A DNA stretch of 63,640 nt, filler included, from Olpidium bornovanus S191 (lineage: Eukaryota; Fungi; Olpidiomycota), in the NCBI GenBank assembly GCA_017911155.1. It is 29 parts of 29 records of this genome, joined end to end, with 100 filler letters (N's around TTAATTAATTAA, not from the genome) between each part and the next. Parts side by side here need not be neighbours in the genome. Positions count along the whole stretch, not along the records: positions 1 to 3,214 come from JAEFCI010001824.1; positions 3,315 to 6,868 come from JAEFCI010010584.1; positions 6,969 to 10,079 come from JAEFCI010011381.1; 26 more parts are not named here. One strand, 5' to 3'. Shown here piece by piece: positions 1 to 10,179 of the stretch. The notes beneath the pieces are model-generated. The model was not told the origin of the DNA and did not search any database. It was given only the letters and a program-made list of their open reading frames with translations. How positions within the stretch are numbered: the stretch's first letter is position 1; the number at the start of each line of letters is the position of its first letter. A program made the translations under genes and the position numbers.

Positions 1-5
1 CAAAC

Positions 6-36
<31 letters not shown>

Positions 37-102
37 AAAACAAAAACAAACGGGGCGCGCGTTTTGAGATTCGTACCAAAAAAATCTTTGACGCCAAGAA
101 GC

Positions 103-1163
103 ATGGTTGCGCCCTCCGCTGCTTTCGCCGTCGTCACCGCACGCGCCTCCCTCGCCGTCGCCGCCGTCGCCGGCTCCTTCGCCGACGGGGGCCGCCTGCG
201 CACCCGGCGTCTTGGCCGTCAGCAACGTGTCTGCGGGTGCCCCGCGGGGAAACCCGCAGCTGCGTCCTCGTGGACTTCGGCCGCAACTTGCTGCCCGTGG
301 TCGACGCCGCCAGCCTTGTCAACGGCGCGCCCAAACCCAGGGCCGTGATCACCGCCGGAGCGCACGGAGGCGGGTTCGCCGGCGTCGCCGCCGCCTCGAG
401 GCTCGCCGAGAGGCTGCGGCCGGACGCGGCCCGCGGGCAGGTCGTAATCTGACCCATCGTCGACCTGCCGGCCGCCTACGACCGCCGCACGGCGAATTTC
501 CTGTTGGATGGCGTGAAGATGAGCTGCGCGTTCCCCGGCAACGCCGAGGCCGGACCCACCGAGCCTGACCGCGTGACTATTCAGTGACGTGATCGCTGGT
601 GCCGATGCTTACGTCGACCTGCAGAGCGTCGGGATCGACGATGTACTCCCGTCGCCCTACCTCGACTACGGCCTCACGTCGGACAGCGAGCTGGACGCCG
701 CATCCCGCGCGATGGCGTACTACGTCGGCTACGAGCGGATCTTTCGCGGCTCGCGCGCGAGCGACAGGAACAGTCAAGCCGTCGCCGCTTGCAGCGGCTT
801 CTTCGCCGTCCTCATCAAGACCGGCGGTCGCGGCAACTGCGACGCCGCTTCCGCCCTGTTCCTGGTTGACTCACTACTTGCTGCAGTGCCTTGCCGCCCT
901 TGGGTTTTCGAAAGATTTCGACACGCCGCAACCTCCGCAAGAGTAGGTCTGGGTCCTTGAGGTGGTGTCGGCCGCCAACGCCTTGTGGGAGCCGAACGTG
1001 GACGCCGGGACCTTGGCCACTGAGGGCGGCGCTATCGGAGCCGACATCCACCAACGGCCTCTGTTATGAGGTCGTCGCAACCAGCTCCGGTGAGATTATC
1101 GCATGCACGCGCTCCGCCATCACCGTGGGGGCCAAACTCGCCGTCATCATCGCCCCGGCGTAA
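103..1163 (+). pseudogene. Decayed succinylglutamate desuccinylase/aspartoacylase (AstE/AspA, M14-like) family gene, bacterial-type, intronless
   Basis: Stitched across frameshifts and stops: LVNGAPKPRAVITAGAHGGG...RGQVVI*PIVD...FPGNAEAGPTE/LTA*LFSDVIAGADAYVDLQ...LIKTGGRG...EVVSAANALWEPNVDAG...VVATSSGEII...GAKLAVI. This follows the family pattern NGxxPGPxVLITAGxHGxE / FPG / xxDLH / ELGG plus the C-terminal barrel. TGA stop at 450-452, further stops, and several frameshifts. Confidence 0.7.
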
Positions 1164-1589
1164 CGCCTTCTGCGTAAGGCCGATATCGGAGATTGGCCCA
1201 CCAAGGGAAGGCCCAACCGATGACGACGGCGCAAGAAAAAGTTAGAAACAACGCCCCCCGCTGCCGCTCCGGCGTCTCCCGCTTTCTGGAATTTTTAGTA
1301 AGTTACCCGACGGCTTTTACTTCTTGTCGTTGTCATTAGCAGAAGACGCGGATATAGAACCCGGAGTAGGGAAAACGACAATAATTTTTTCCTAGAAAGC
1401 GAGTGGGTTTTTTGGAACGGAACCGGATTCCTTTTCGTGACTTTAGCGAAAGATCGAATTGTCTATCGTTCCGCTCAAGCAACAAATCCTTTTTTTTTGT
1501 CGTTCGTTGCTCACGCGCGACGAGGGGGAAAATCGTTTTTCATTTTCCCTGTAACGTAAACACTAAACATATTTGCATAAGTCCGGCAA

Positions 1590-2900
1590 GTTTACTACGA
1601 CTATGCCCGACACACCACAGCGCAATGCGATCGTTGAACGCATCCATTCAACTATGGAAGGCCAAATAAGGCGATTCTTACCGACATACACCTTCCTGGG
1701 CAATTCTGGGAGGGTATGTGGGTTGCCTTAGCACGCCTTTACAACAAATTACCGCACTCTATGACCGCGAGAATCCCGAATGAGCTCATGTTTTCACATC
1801 AAAAAATGGATTTGTCATATGCAAGTGTCCCGAAACTGCTATGTTTATGCCGATGTCCTAAGGGCCGCCGCGCGCATAAGCTAGGAGCGACAGCCAAGCG
1901 TTATGTTTTCATCGGCTACTCCGACCGCGGGCATAAATAGTTATCGCTTATAAGGCCCTGCTTCAGACGATGTGATCGAGTCCTGTGACATTACCTTTGA
2001 TGAAGACCGCACCTACGACCCAGCAACTTTGATAAACCGCTCAAATCAAACATGGAGAATGACAGCGAATACGTCATCGACCGGATCTTTGCCCATCGCA
2101 AGAAGCATGGTTCGGAGACGGAGTACGTAATTCGCTGGAGAGGTTGCCCCTGTTGCGACGTCTCCTGGGAACCGGAGCCCGTTCTTAACTGTCCCACCAA
2201 GCTGTGTATGTAATATTGCCGCAAGAAAATGGCCCTACCGCCGCAATTTACCCGGAATGGGGAGGCCGTCATATCGCTGCCGCTGAGACAACTCATACCC
2301 CGCCGTCTGAAAGCGCACATATCCAACACCCGTGACTAATCCGCGAGCTCTTTGCCATGGATCATGGCGCCGCTGCCTTCGCCGCTCAGTTTATTGTCAA
2401 TGTGGTCGCGCGCGCTCAACAGGACTTCCCCGCGCTATCACCCTGGCCCTACAGCCATGGCATCCCCATACGCGGAGCAGTGGTGGGCGCCGGTGCTATC
2501 TGAACATAAGTCCTTAACCGACCTGCGAGTTTATAAACTTGTCCCCCGGCCCCCCCCCCCCCCTTCCTCCGGGCCACGTATCCTCCGCATTGGCTGGGTA
2601 TTCAGCTCAAGTTGAAGGCCGTCTTGATTGTCGATAAGTTCAAGACGCGCTTAGTCGTTCAGGCTTACGCCCAGCGACAGGGCATAAACTATGAAAAACT
2701 TTAGCACCGGTGGTCGGCGTAGTTGCCACACGCCTTATTATCGCGTTGGTTGCCCGCCTGCAATGAAAGCTCTACCAATGCGACAGCTTATTTACATCGA
2801 CCAGCCTGAGGGTTTCATCGACCCCGCACGTTACGAATCGTCATCATCGCTCTATACGTGGACGACGTCAAGATCACCGGGAATAATCCCAATTTGGTTC
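1590..2900 (+). mobile_element. Degenerate Ty1/copia pol: integrase core, SH3, chromodomain, reverse transcriptase
   Basis: INT: PDTPQRNAIVERI and LPGQFWE...LYNKLPHS. SH3: KLGATAKRYVFIGYSD...IESCDITFDE. Chromodomain at 2064-2210. RT: PYAEQWW...VYKLVPRP...IGWVF...KFKTRLVVQAYAQRQGINYE...IDQPEGF...LYVDDVKITG. INT-before-RT order defines copia. Confidence 0.88.
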
Positions 2901-2910
2901 GTGTCGATAT

Positions 2911-2998
2911 TGTCGAATTGTCGAATTGTCAAACTGTCGAATTGTCGAATTGTCAAACTGTCAAATTGTCGAATTGTCGAACTGTCGAATTGTCGATA
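2911..2998. repeat. 8-bp tandem repeat TGTC(G/A)AA(T/C), about 11 copies
   Basis: Read directly: tgtcgaat tgtcgaat tgtcaaac tgtcgaat ... It lies at the junction between the plus-strand RT and the minus-strand RNase H. Confidence 0.95.
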
Positions 2999-3214
2999 GG
3001 GATGGATCCGTCATATATGCCGATTTCCCGTAGAAGTTGCGCGAACCATATTGCACCTCGAGCAGCATCTGATGTGACCAGAAACTCGGCCTCCGTAGAC
3101 GAGAGAGCAGTACATTTCTGTTTAATTGAGCACCAAATGACCGCACAAGCCGTGAAAAGAAAAACGTAGCCGGTCTGGGACTTGCAGTCGTTTGGGTTGC
3201 CAGCCCAGTCCATG
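2990..3214 (-). mobile_element. Ty1/copia RNase H N-terminal half, inverted relative to the upstream RT
   Basis: DWAGNPNDCKSQTGYVFLFTACAVIWCSIKQKCTALSSTEAEFLVTSDAARGAIWFAQLLREIG matches the Ty1 RNase H consensus DWAGD..DRKS.TGYVF...W.SKKQ...ALSTTEAE. Confidence 0.92.
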
Positions 3215-3314
3215 NNNNNNNNNNNNNNNNNNNNNNNNNNNNNNNNNNNNNNNNNNNNTTAATTAATTAANNNNNNNNNNNNNNNNNNNNNNNNNNNNNN
3301 NNNNNNNNNNNNNN
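3215..3314. other. Artificial contig-joining linker (first of 28)
   Basis: 44 N + TTAATTAATTAA (stops in all six frames) + 44 N. The others start at 6869, 10080, 12156, 14260, 16219, 17822, 19008, 20396, 21761, 23222, 25209, 27662, 34273, 35455, 37511, 40363, 43002, 45696, 47037, 48160, 52114, 53330, 56316, 57645, 59109, 60795 and 62114. Confidence 0.99.
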
Positions 3315-5792
3315 AGAGCAGGGGGGGGGGGGGGGGGGGGGGGGGGGGAGGGAGGGGAGGGGAAAAAGCGACACCCGGGCGTTTCAGAATCGCGGCGGCC
3401 CGCTTTGCCTCCTGCGTAAAAAAAGAAAGCGAAGCTTCCCGCTCCGCCCGCGCCCAAAAAGCGGCGCGTACCGGGCGGCGCCGGCGCGCCTGCGGAGCCG
3501 TGCCGCGCAAGGAAGGCGGCGGCTCGGCGGCCGTTGCTGCTGGCGCTGCAGAACCCGCGGGTTGTCGAGAGAAGCGGCATTTGCGGTTTTGTCTTTTTTT
3601 TTTTTTTCTTCCTGTTTTGCGGAGCGGCGAACGGCGCGCGGGTGCGTTGCGTGCGGGTCTCTCCGTCGTCGGTCGCGCAGGAGACGCCTACGCCGCCGCG
3701 AAGGGGGAACGGGGAAGGAGGGAAAGGGGCGAGATGGCGCGCTCCGCTCTCGACGGCGGCGTCGTCCTCACAGGAACGTCTCGCCGAAACGGCCCGCGCC
3801 TCCTTTTCGTTCCCCCCCCCCCGCCCGTCCCCCGCCAGGACGCAAAACCGGGCGGCAGCGAAGAGGGAAAAAGGAAGAAAGAAAGGATCAAGACCCCGCT
3901 TCCCCTCCGTTTCCCCACGCCCGCTTTTGGTTGGCTTCGCCGTTTTCGTCGCTGCTCTGCACCTTCCCCCGTGCTGCGCGCCCCCGACGTCAAAGCGTCT
4001 TACGTCTTCCCCCTCGTCGACGCTGCGCGCACGACCCTAAGCTCCCCGAGCTTGTTTTCCTTTACTTCTCCTTCCTCTCCTTCGCCGTGCTGCGTGCGAG
4101 CGGGAAACCTTACGTTTCGGTCCTCTCTCCCACCCCACCCCCGGCTTGCCTTGTCCTTCCCGTTCGCCGTTCGCGGACCCCGTTGCTCGCTGGATAGATC
4201 GGCGGACTCCCCTCGGCTGTTTCGACGAACCGCCGTTACGCGAACCGACCTTCTGAAGCGGCGTGCGCGCCCTCTCTGACGTACAATTTTTTTGCGTTTT
4301 TGGCAAACGGACGTGTCGGTGAGCCAATTCGTGATTCTGGCGCAAACGGCTGAGACCCGCGGGCAAAGCACGCGCAACGAATCGAAAGAAAAACGAAGTC
4401 CCATAGCGTCCGTTGCGACAAAAGCTGCGGAGACAGCAGATTCTCTCGTGAATCCAAGTCCTCGATCTTGAGCGACGTTCGGAGGGGAAACACCTCTGAA
4501 AAGTGTGTAAGTCCGGGCGGAGAAAAAGCAGTTGAAAAGACATCAGAGGGCAACAGAAAGACAGCGTCCCGTGTCCGGCAGGGCTTCACTTCGCTTGACG
4601 CGGTTTGGCGTCACCCTTGATTTTGACCGAGGTCGAGACGCGCGACGGAGCGTCCTCCGTGCCGTGTCGTTCGTGGTCTCAACGTTTCCGCCGGCGGGCG
4701 CGGCCCTCGCCTAGTCTCTGCCGTCCATATCCTCGCCCAGGGCGCAAAAGTCGCTTCAGTTGCTTCTGCAAGCCACCACCTAAGCAGAGGATTACAAGCG
4801 ACAACGACGACGACAGCGGTGATGTTCCTAGGGAACACGGTTGTGTTGCTCGATAGACATTGGAAGGAAAACTAGGTCGAAAAAGTACAGGTTCTGGGAA
4901 ATGATCACGACCAGCTTCACTCTAAGACGCTCAGAATGTCTGACCGTGTGAAGGTATGCAGCCGGCTTGCAAAGAGGCAAGCTTGATATTTTACGGCGTG
5001 CTCGCTGTGACGGCTTGACCCCGGGTAGATTGCGGCGGCTGCAGAGACGAACAACTGAGGTCAGACGTGCGAGGCAGAAAATGATGAGAAAGGTGTGGGT
5101 TGTCCTTGACAGGGTGTTCTCACCTTTGGAATCCAAACCACGAGCGTCGTCAACGGCAATGATGTTGAAGGCCGTAACCACGATAGTACCCATGTTCCAA
5201 ATAAATAAATAAATAAAAATAAAAAACAAAGAAAAAAAAAGAAGTAAACGGGGCGGGCGACACAACGCGTTACAACGCCACCCAGCCGAACGTGTCGCGC
5301 CGAGTACCCCAACAGGCCTAATCTTTTTTTTCTTCTTTTGTTTTGTTTTTGCTCGACGCGCAGCGCGAGGGAGGGGCGGAGGGTTTCGCTAACCGCCTCA
5401 GTGCATAAACAGCTCGCGTGCGAAAAAAAATTAAGAAAAGAAAAATCACAAAAAAAACAAAATTAACCGCCTCCGTGCGCTCGCGTGCGCAAAAAAAAAA
5501 AAAAAAAAAACAAAAAAAAAAAAAAAACCCCCCCCCCCCCCCCCGGGGGACAAAAAAAAAAAAAAAAAAAAAAAAAAAGAAAATGCGAAGAAAGGGGGGG
5601 AAGGGCGCGCGTGTGTGCGTGTGTTTGCGTGTGGGGGGCGGCGGCGGCGGCGGCGGCGGCAGCGGCGGCAGCAGAAAAAAAAAAAAAGTGAAACTGCCGC
5701 TTTTTCTTATTTATTTATGTATTTTTTTTTTTTTCGCGCAATGCAAGCGAGGAGAGAGGCGCGCGCCTTTTTCCTTTTTCCTTTTTTTTCCG

Positions 5793-5836
<44 letters not shown>

Positions 5837-5876
5837 CCCCCCCGGGGAAAAAAAAAAAAAAAAAAAAAAAAAAAAG

Positions 5877-6401
5877 ACGTGCGAGCGCGGGCGGCGACGT
5901 TCGCCAAAAGAGTCCGGGAGCTGGACGCGCGGCTGGCGGAGCTGGTTGCGCGGGAACTTCAGGACCCCGCGGTGGCCCTGCTCGAGGTACAATAGAAAAA
6001 GGGGCGCCGAGGGAAGAGGGACGTGGGTGGTAGGAAGAAACGAGAGATGCAAAAAAAAAAAATTGCGCCGATAAACCGCGCGCGCCGCCTCCCTACCCGC
6101 CCCCTAACCGCCTCACCCCCGCGTTCCCCGCCCCGCAAACCCCCCTGCCTCCCCGTCGCTTCAGGAAACTTCGCTTCTCCGCGCAGACATCGCGTCCAAA
6201 CAGGCGGTCTTGGACAGGTACCGGGACCTGGCGGCTGCGTGGGAGCTCGAGTTCGGGCAGCTCGAGCGAGACGGGGTCAGGGTGTTGTGCGCGAACCAGC
6301 AGAGAAGAGCCGTGCCGGACGGCGGCGCGGCGGGAAAAGGCGACGACGACCGCGATAGACGGCCCTGTGACGGCGCGGAATTCATGGAGGTAGAGGCATG
6401 A
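5877..6401 (+). CDS. Possible Mediator subunit MED28-like protein, 3' exons (5877-5986, 6165-6401)
   Basis: The spliced GT-AG product RARAATFAKRVRELDARLAELVARELQDPAVALLE|ETSLLRADIASKQAVLDRYRDLAAAWELEF resembles the MED28 C-terminal helices as I recall them (F...R...P...E...LR.E..RK..L.......W). Confidence 0.4.
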
Positions 6402-7647
6402 TGCGAGAGAACCGTCGACCAGTTCGAAAACCCCAGGGCTTTTGCACGGCGACACCCGCCGGTCTGTTTTGCTCTACGATTCTCGAAAATCGACGGATCT
6501 GCAGTGCGCAAATGGCCACGCGAACGCGCCGCTCAACAACGGCACAATTGGGATGCTTCGCATCATTAGGCGCGCCTATCGACGTCGTGAAAGGAGCGTT
6601 CAGACAACGCGACAGAATCGTCATCGACAAAGTGCACGGGGGTTTGCAGAGCAACTGTGCGCGGCTAGCTTTTGCGGAAAGTGAAACGTCTAGTATGCGG
6701 GAGGGGGGGGAGTGGAGGAGAAGGGAGACGGTGAATTAAGGTCACAGCATTGTTTTAATGATAAGGGAGGCGATCTTGACTAGAAATGGCGGCCTCCTGT
6801 CCAGCGCGTCTAGCATCGCCGCGTCTATCCGGTGCGAATCTCGTAGCAAGTTCTGCAATTCCTGCATGNNNNNNNNNNNNNNNNNNNNNNNNNNNNNNNN
6901 NNNNNNNNNNNNTTAATTAATTAANNNNNNNNNNNNNNNNNNNNNNNNNNNNNNNNNNNNNNNNNNNNCATGGGCTGCTTTGCACGAACAGTTGCGCGCG
7001 AAACGAGAAAAGGTGACGGTGCCGGCGTCAGCAGCAGCGACGTGTCACTCGACCAAGGAACTGAGCCCAGCCGCAGGAAAAACAACAAAGTGCTTTCCCT
7101 GCTTCGTCCGACTCTGCGCTTCCCTACAAAAGGGGGTACACACACGTTACCGTCAGACCGCACGCAACTGTTGCGCTGTCGGGCGATTAATGCTCGCCCG
7201 GTGATTAATGAGCACGGCGCAGTAACAAGAAAGCCCCTCCCCCGATACCACACCCACTCGCTAACGAACCCAAGAAAACAAATACAAACAAACGTAGCAC
7301 TCTTCGAAGGCACATCGGCGGTCTCCCGCGGGCCCCAGAGCCGTCTAGTTCCGACCGCCTGCGACTGCGACGCTCCCGAGCGAGCGGCCGGCAGCTCCCG
7401 GGGTTGGAGGGCAGCAGTGGGGAACGAGAGGAGCGCGTTGGGGCTCGCGTCGAGGAGGGCTTCGACAACCGTAAGGAGGGAGTTTCGGCGTCCCGCGGTC
7501 ACCCGTACCTGCGGCGAGCTGCACACGTAAAGCAACCCACAGCTGCCTGTTAAAGCCTGCCAAAACCCCGTCGGAGTCGAAAGTCTCCCGACAGCACACA
7601 ACCTGGCACACGACCCTAACTGTGACTTATACGGAGAAGACAAAAAC

Positions 7648-8349
7648 GTGCGATGCACTGGATTGCTGCGAGCACATTTTTCTTCCGAGCTCAAGGTGTC
7701 ACAAGCGCAGGAAAGGCGTGAGCGTGCACATGAGTGCAAAGAAGACTCCTCTGCTATTTACCAGCTTGCCCAGCTCGTTCAACAGCTCATCTTGCGGGTA
7801 GGAACTGTGGGAGCCGTTCAGCAAGCCATTCCTCCGCCACCACCGGCAACGAGCCAGCCACAAATACAGGCGGAAATTGCGCAGAAGAAGGAGAACTTTT
7901 TTGACAATGAGAACGCCGTTTCAGTCACGTCCTCCCAAGTCTCCCGCGCGGCCTCCCGCGCTGCTTCCCACACTGCATCCCACACTGCCTCCCGCTCAGG
8001 GGCGGAAGCACAAAGAAAACAAGTTTCCTACTCCATGATAAAACCCTTACTAACACAGGTACCCGCTAATGATGGACACGGAGGCGCCACAACGCTCAAA
8101 ACGTTTATCAGCAAGTTCGACGTCTACCATCACTATTGCGATGGCCTTGTACCAGAAGACCTCCACCTCCAACAAGCAGTGGCCAAGCTCGAAAAATCAG
8201 CCACTGCCATTTGGCTCTTGTATGAAAAGAAACATCTGATTGGTGACCCTGACAGATGGTCCACTTTAGAGCAGCTGCGGCATGCCCTACGTCAACGCCC
8301 TACGTCAACGTTTTTACCCTCCGCATTACGAAGCCCAAATACGCACTAA
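7648..8349 (+). mobile_element. LTR-retrotransposon gag-like ORF fragment
   Basis: Intronless ORF with a capsid-like segment VPANDGHGGATTLKTFISKFD...AVAKLEKSATAIW...WSTLEQLRHAL. It is similar to the segment at 62214-62340 and sits in a contig full of TE fragments. Confidence 0.5.
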
Positions 8350-8360
8350 ACTATTAACCA

Positions 8361-8620
8361 TTACTCACGCAAAACACCACCCTGTCCACAGCTATATCGA
8401 CACGTTTGTTTGGTTTTGTTCCTTAGAGCCACCCGGGTTTGATTAGCCTCATATGATGAGACCAATTCTGCCTGGTGATGCGCTGGCACCAACTGCAACC
8501 GGAACCTTTCGTCCGGTGTGAAAAACTTCGCTGGTAAGTCAACAATTTTTGTTTCTCCAGGAGTTAAAGTGACGGTCTCGACTTTGTAAACTTCCGGGGC
8601 ACACTGTGCCTGTCGTACCA
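8361..8620 (-). mobile_element. Degenerate dUTPase-like domain in a probable retroelement ORF
   Basis: VTLTPGETKIVDLP...TPDERF...RVALRNKTKQTCRYSCGQ resembles the trimeric dUTPase scaffold, but catalytic motifs are missing. Confidence 0.3.
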
Positions 8621-8889
8621 GGCACCTAGCCCTGTAGTTTTCGTCAAGGTACTGGTACCGTACGGTTGGGGCAAAAAGATCGCCGCTGGGGGGATTCGGG
8701 TCCGGCGTTGGCAGCTCCCCCCGCTCGGTGGGCATCACGGCTACCTTGTCGGCAGGTTTGCCTACCCTCTCCGCAGCCAAGCCCGCATCAGTAGCATCAC
8801 CCGGCAACTCCCGAATGCGGAAGCTGGTGGGCATCGGGTCCACTACATTCACCTCAATGGGCTTTTCGCCCGTGTCGACCGTTTCGGCC

Positions 8890-9037
8890 GTACCGACGGT
8901 GTCGGCCGGCATCTCGCTGTACCGACGGTGTCGGCCAGCATCTCGCCGTCTCCGAGCTCCACCGGCGGCTCGCCGGCATCGACGACGTCAGCTGGCATCT
9001 CGCCGTCTCCGAGCTCTACCGGCGGCTCGCCGGCATC
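8890..9037. repeat. Nested tandem duplications (29-bp and 57-bp periods)
   Basis: gtaccgacggtgtcggcc(g/a)gcatctcgc at 8890 and 8919; gcatctcgccgtctccgagctc(c/t)accggcggctcgccggcatc at 8938 and 8995. Confidence 0.9.
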
Positions 9038-9389
9038 CTCAACGTTTGAAACAGCACTGGCCTCCACTGGAACACCATCGAGAGGGGCGCCTTGCGGAAT
9101 ATTATCCGTGAGAAGAGAAAAGTAATTTTTTTGTCCAAGTCTATGTGAGACCTCGCAGGTCCAGCTTGGCCCGCTTCCTACGCCGGGGCACCTTGTCCCC
9201 TGCCTAAATGGGCAGTCGCCGCCAGGCGGGTGCGCCGCTGCAGCTGGCGGGGCAGGCACTGCGCCATTGGCTGCGGCGCCGTTCGGTGCCGGGGGCGCCC
9301 AGTCGTGGGCGGCCCACCACGGCACCCAGAAGCCTCCTCGGCCTTATTCTCCGTGGCCCCTGCCGCTGCACCCGTGCATCATGCGCGAC

Positions 9390-9720
9390 GGCCGCAGCCG
9401 CCCTCTTGGCACCCTTGTATTTCTTGAGGCCGGCCCCTGCGCCGTCTTTGTCCCTGTGCATGTACGCACAGCTTTTACTGCAACAGCCGCGCTCCTCAAG
9501 CTCGAACGGACAAAGCTCGTCCGCGCGTTCCGCGTTCCTGGCTTGCTCTTATTTGTCTCCCATTTGCACTGTTATTTGCACGTGGATAGATGACATTGTA
9601 GTCACAGGCCCTAATGATTCCTTTCTTCATTCCCTCACTCAGACCCTGCCGCGAAGTACCCGCTCACCGATGCCAATGCCCTGACCTACTGTGATACGCC
9701 GCGCTCGGCGGCCCGTCGAG
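9390..9720 (+). mobile_element. Ty1/copia reverse transcriptase fragment
   Basis: LLAPLYFLRPAP (compare LKKSLYGLKQAP) ... ICTWIDDIVVTGPNDSFLHSLTQTL/KYPLTD (YVDD-motif region). Confidence 0.7.
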
Positions 9721-10179
9721 GCGAACATCTGGTAACTCGCCGGGGGCCATGCGGAGAGAACCCCTGCTCGTCGGGGATTAATTCTCCGGGTGCTCGGGGC
9801 TTTCCCCTTTTTCCCCTTGCCCCCCCCGGGAACGCCACAACCAACCCCCCCGAAACCGCCAACACCCCTCACCGCGGGTCCCCCGCAAGGTCAACGTCCT
9901 CACGACGAGGACGCATAAGAGTACCCAACGCCAACCAAGACCGCGCGTCCGCGCGGCGCCCATGAGCACGGACAGGGACGCCGCGCAGAGACCAGCGAGG
10001 GCGCGCGGGTCCGCGTGGGGCTTACGACGACGATGCGCCCTTCGCAAACGGCGCAGGGAAGGCAAACGGCGCAGGGAAGNNNNNNNNNNNNNNNNNNNNN
10101 NNNNNNNNNNNNNNNNNNNNNNNTTAATTAATTAANNNNNNNNNNNNNNNNNNNNNNNNNNNNNNNNNNNNNNNNNNNN

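Noticed and set aside
1-50. Poly-A run next to the intronless pseudogene as a retrocopy tail
   Set aside because: It is upstream of the plus-strand gene, and such runs are ubiquitous at contig ends here.
450-600. In-frame TGA codons in the AstE/AspA gene as possible Trp or Sec recoding
   Set aside because: The same gene has frameshifts, a TAG stop and lost catalytic residues, and host genes such as SOD2 use TGA as stop. Pseudogene is simpler.
2911-2998. Short repeats as a CRISPR-like array (also 54159-54342, 52571-52688)
   Set aside because: Head-to-tail tandem units with no unique spacers, eukaryotic context and no cas genes.
3315-5870. Many long six-frame ORFs rich in K/F/P/G/R (also 20954-21540, 26998-27713, 39381-40418)
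   Set aside because: Translations of poly-A/T/C/G and (AG)n tracts or GC-rich antisense frames. A possible spliced gene at about 4300-5200 (minus) could not be identified.
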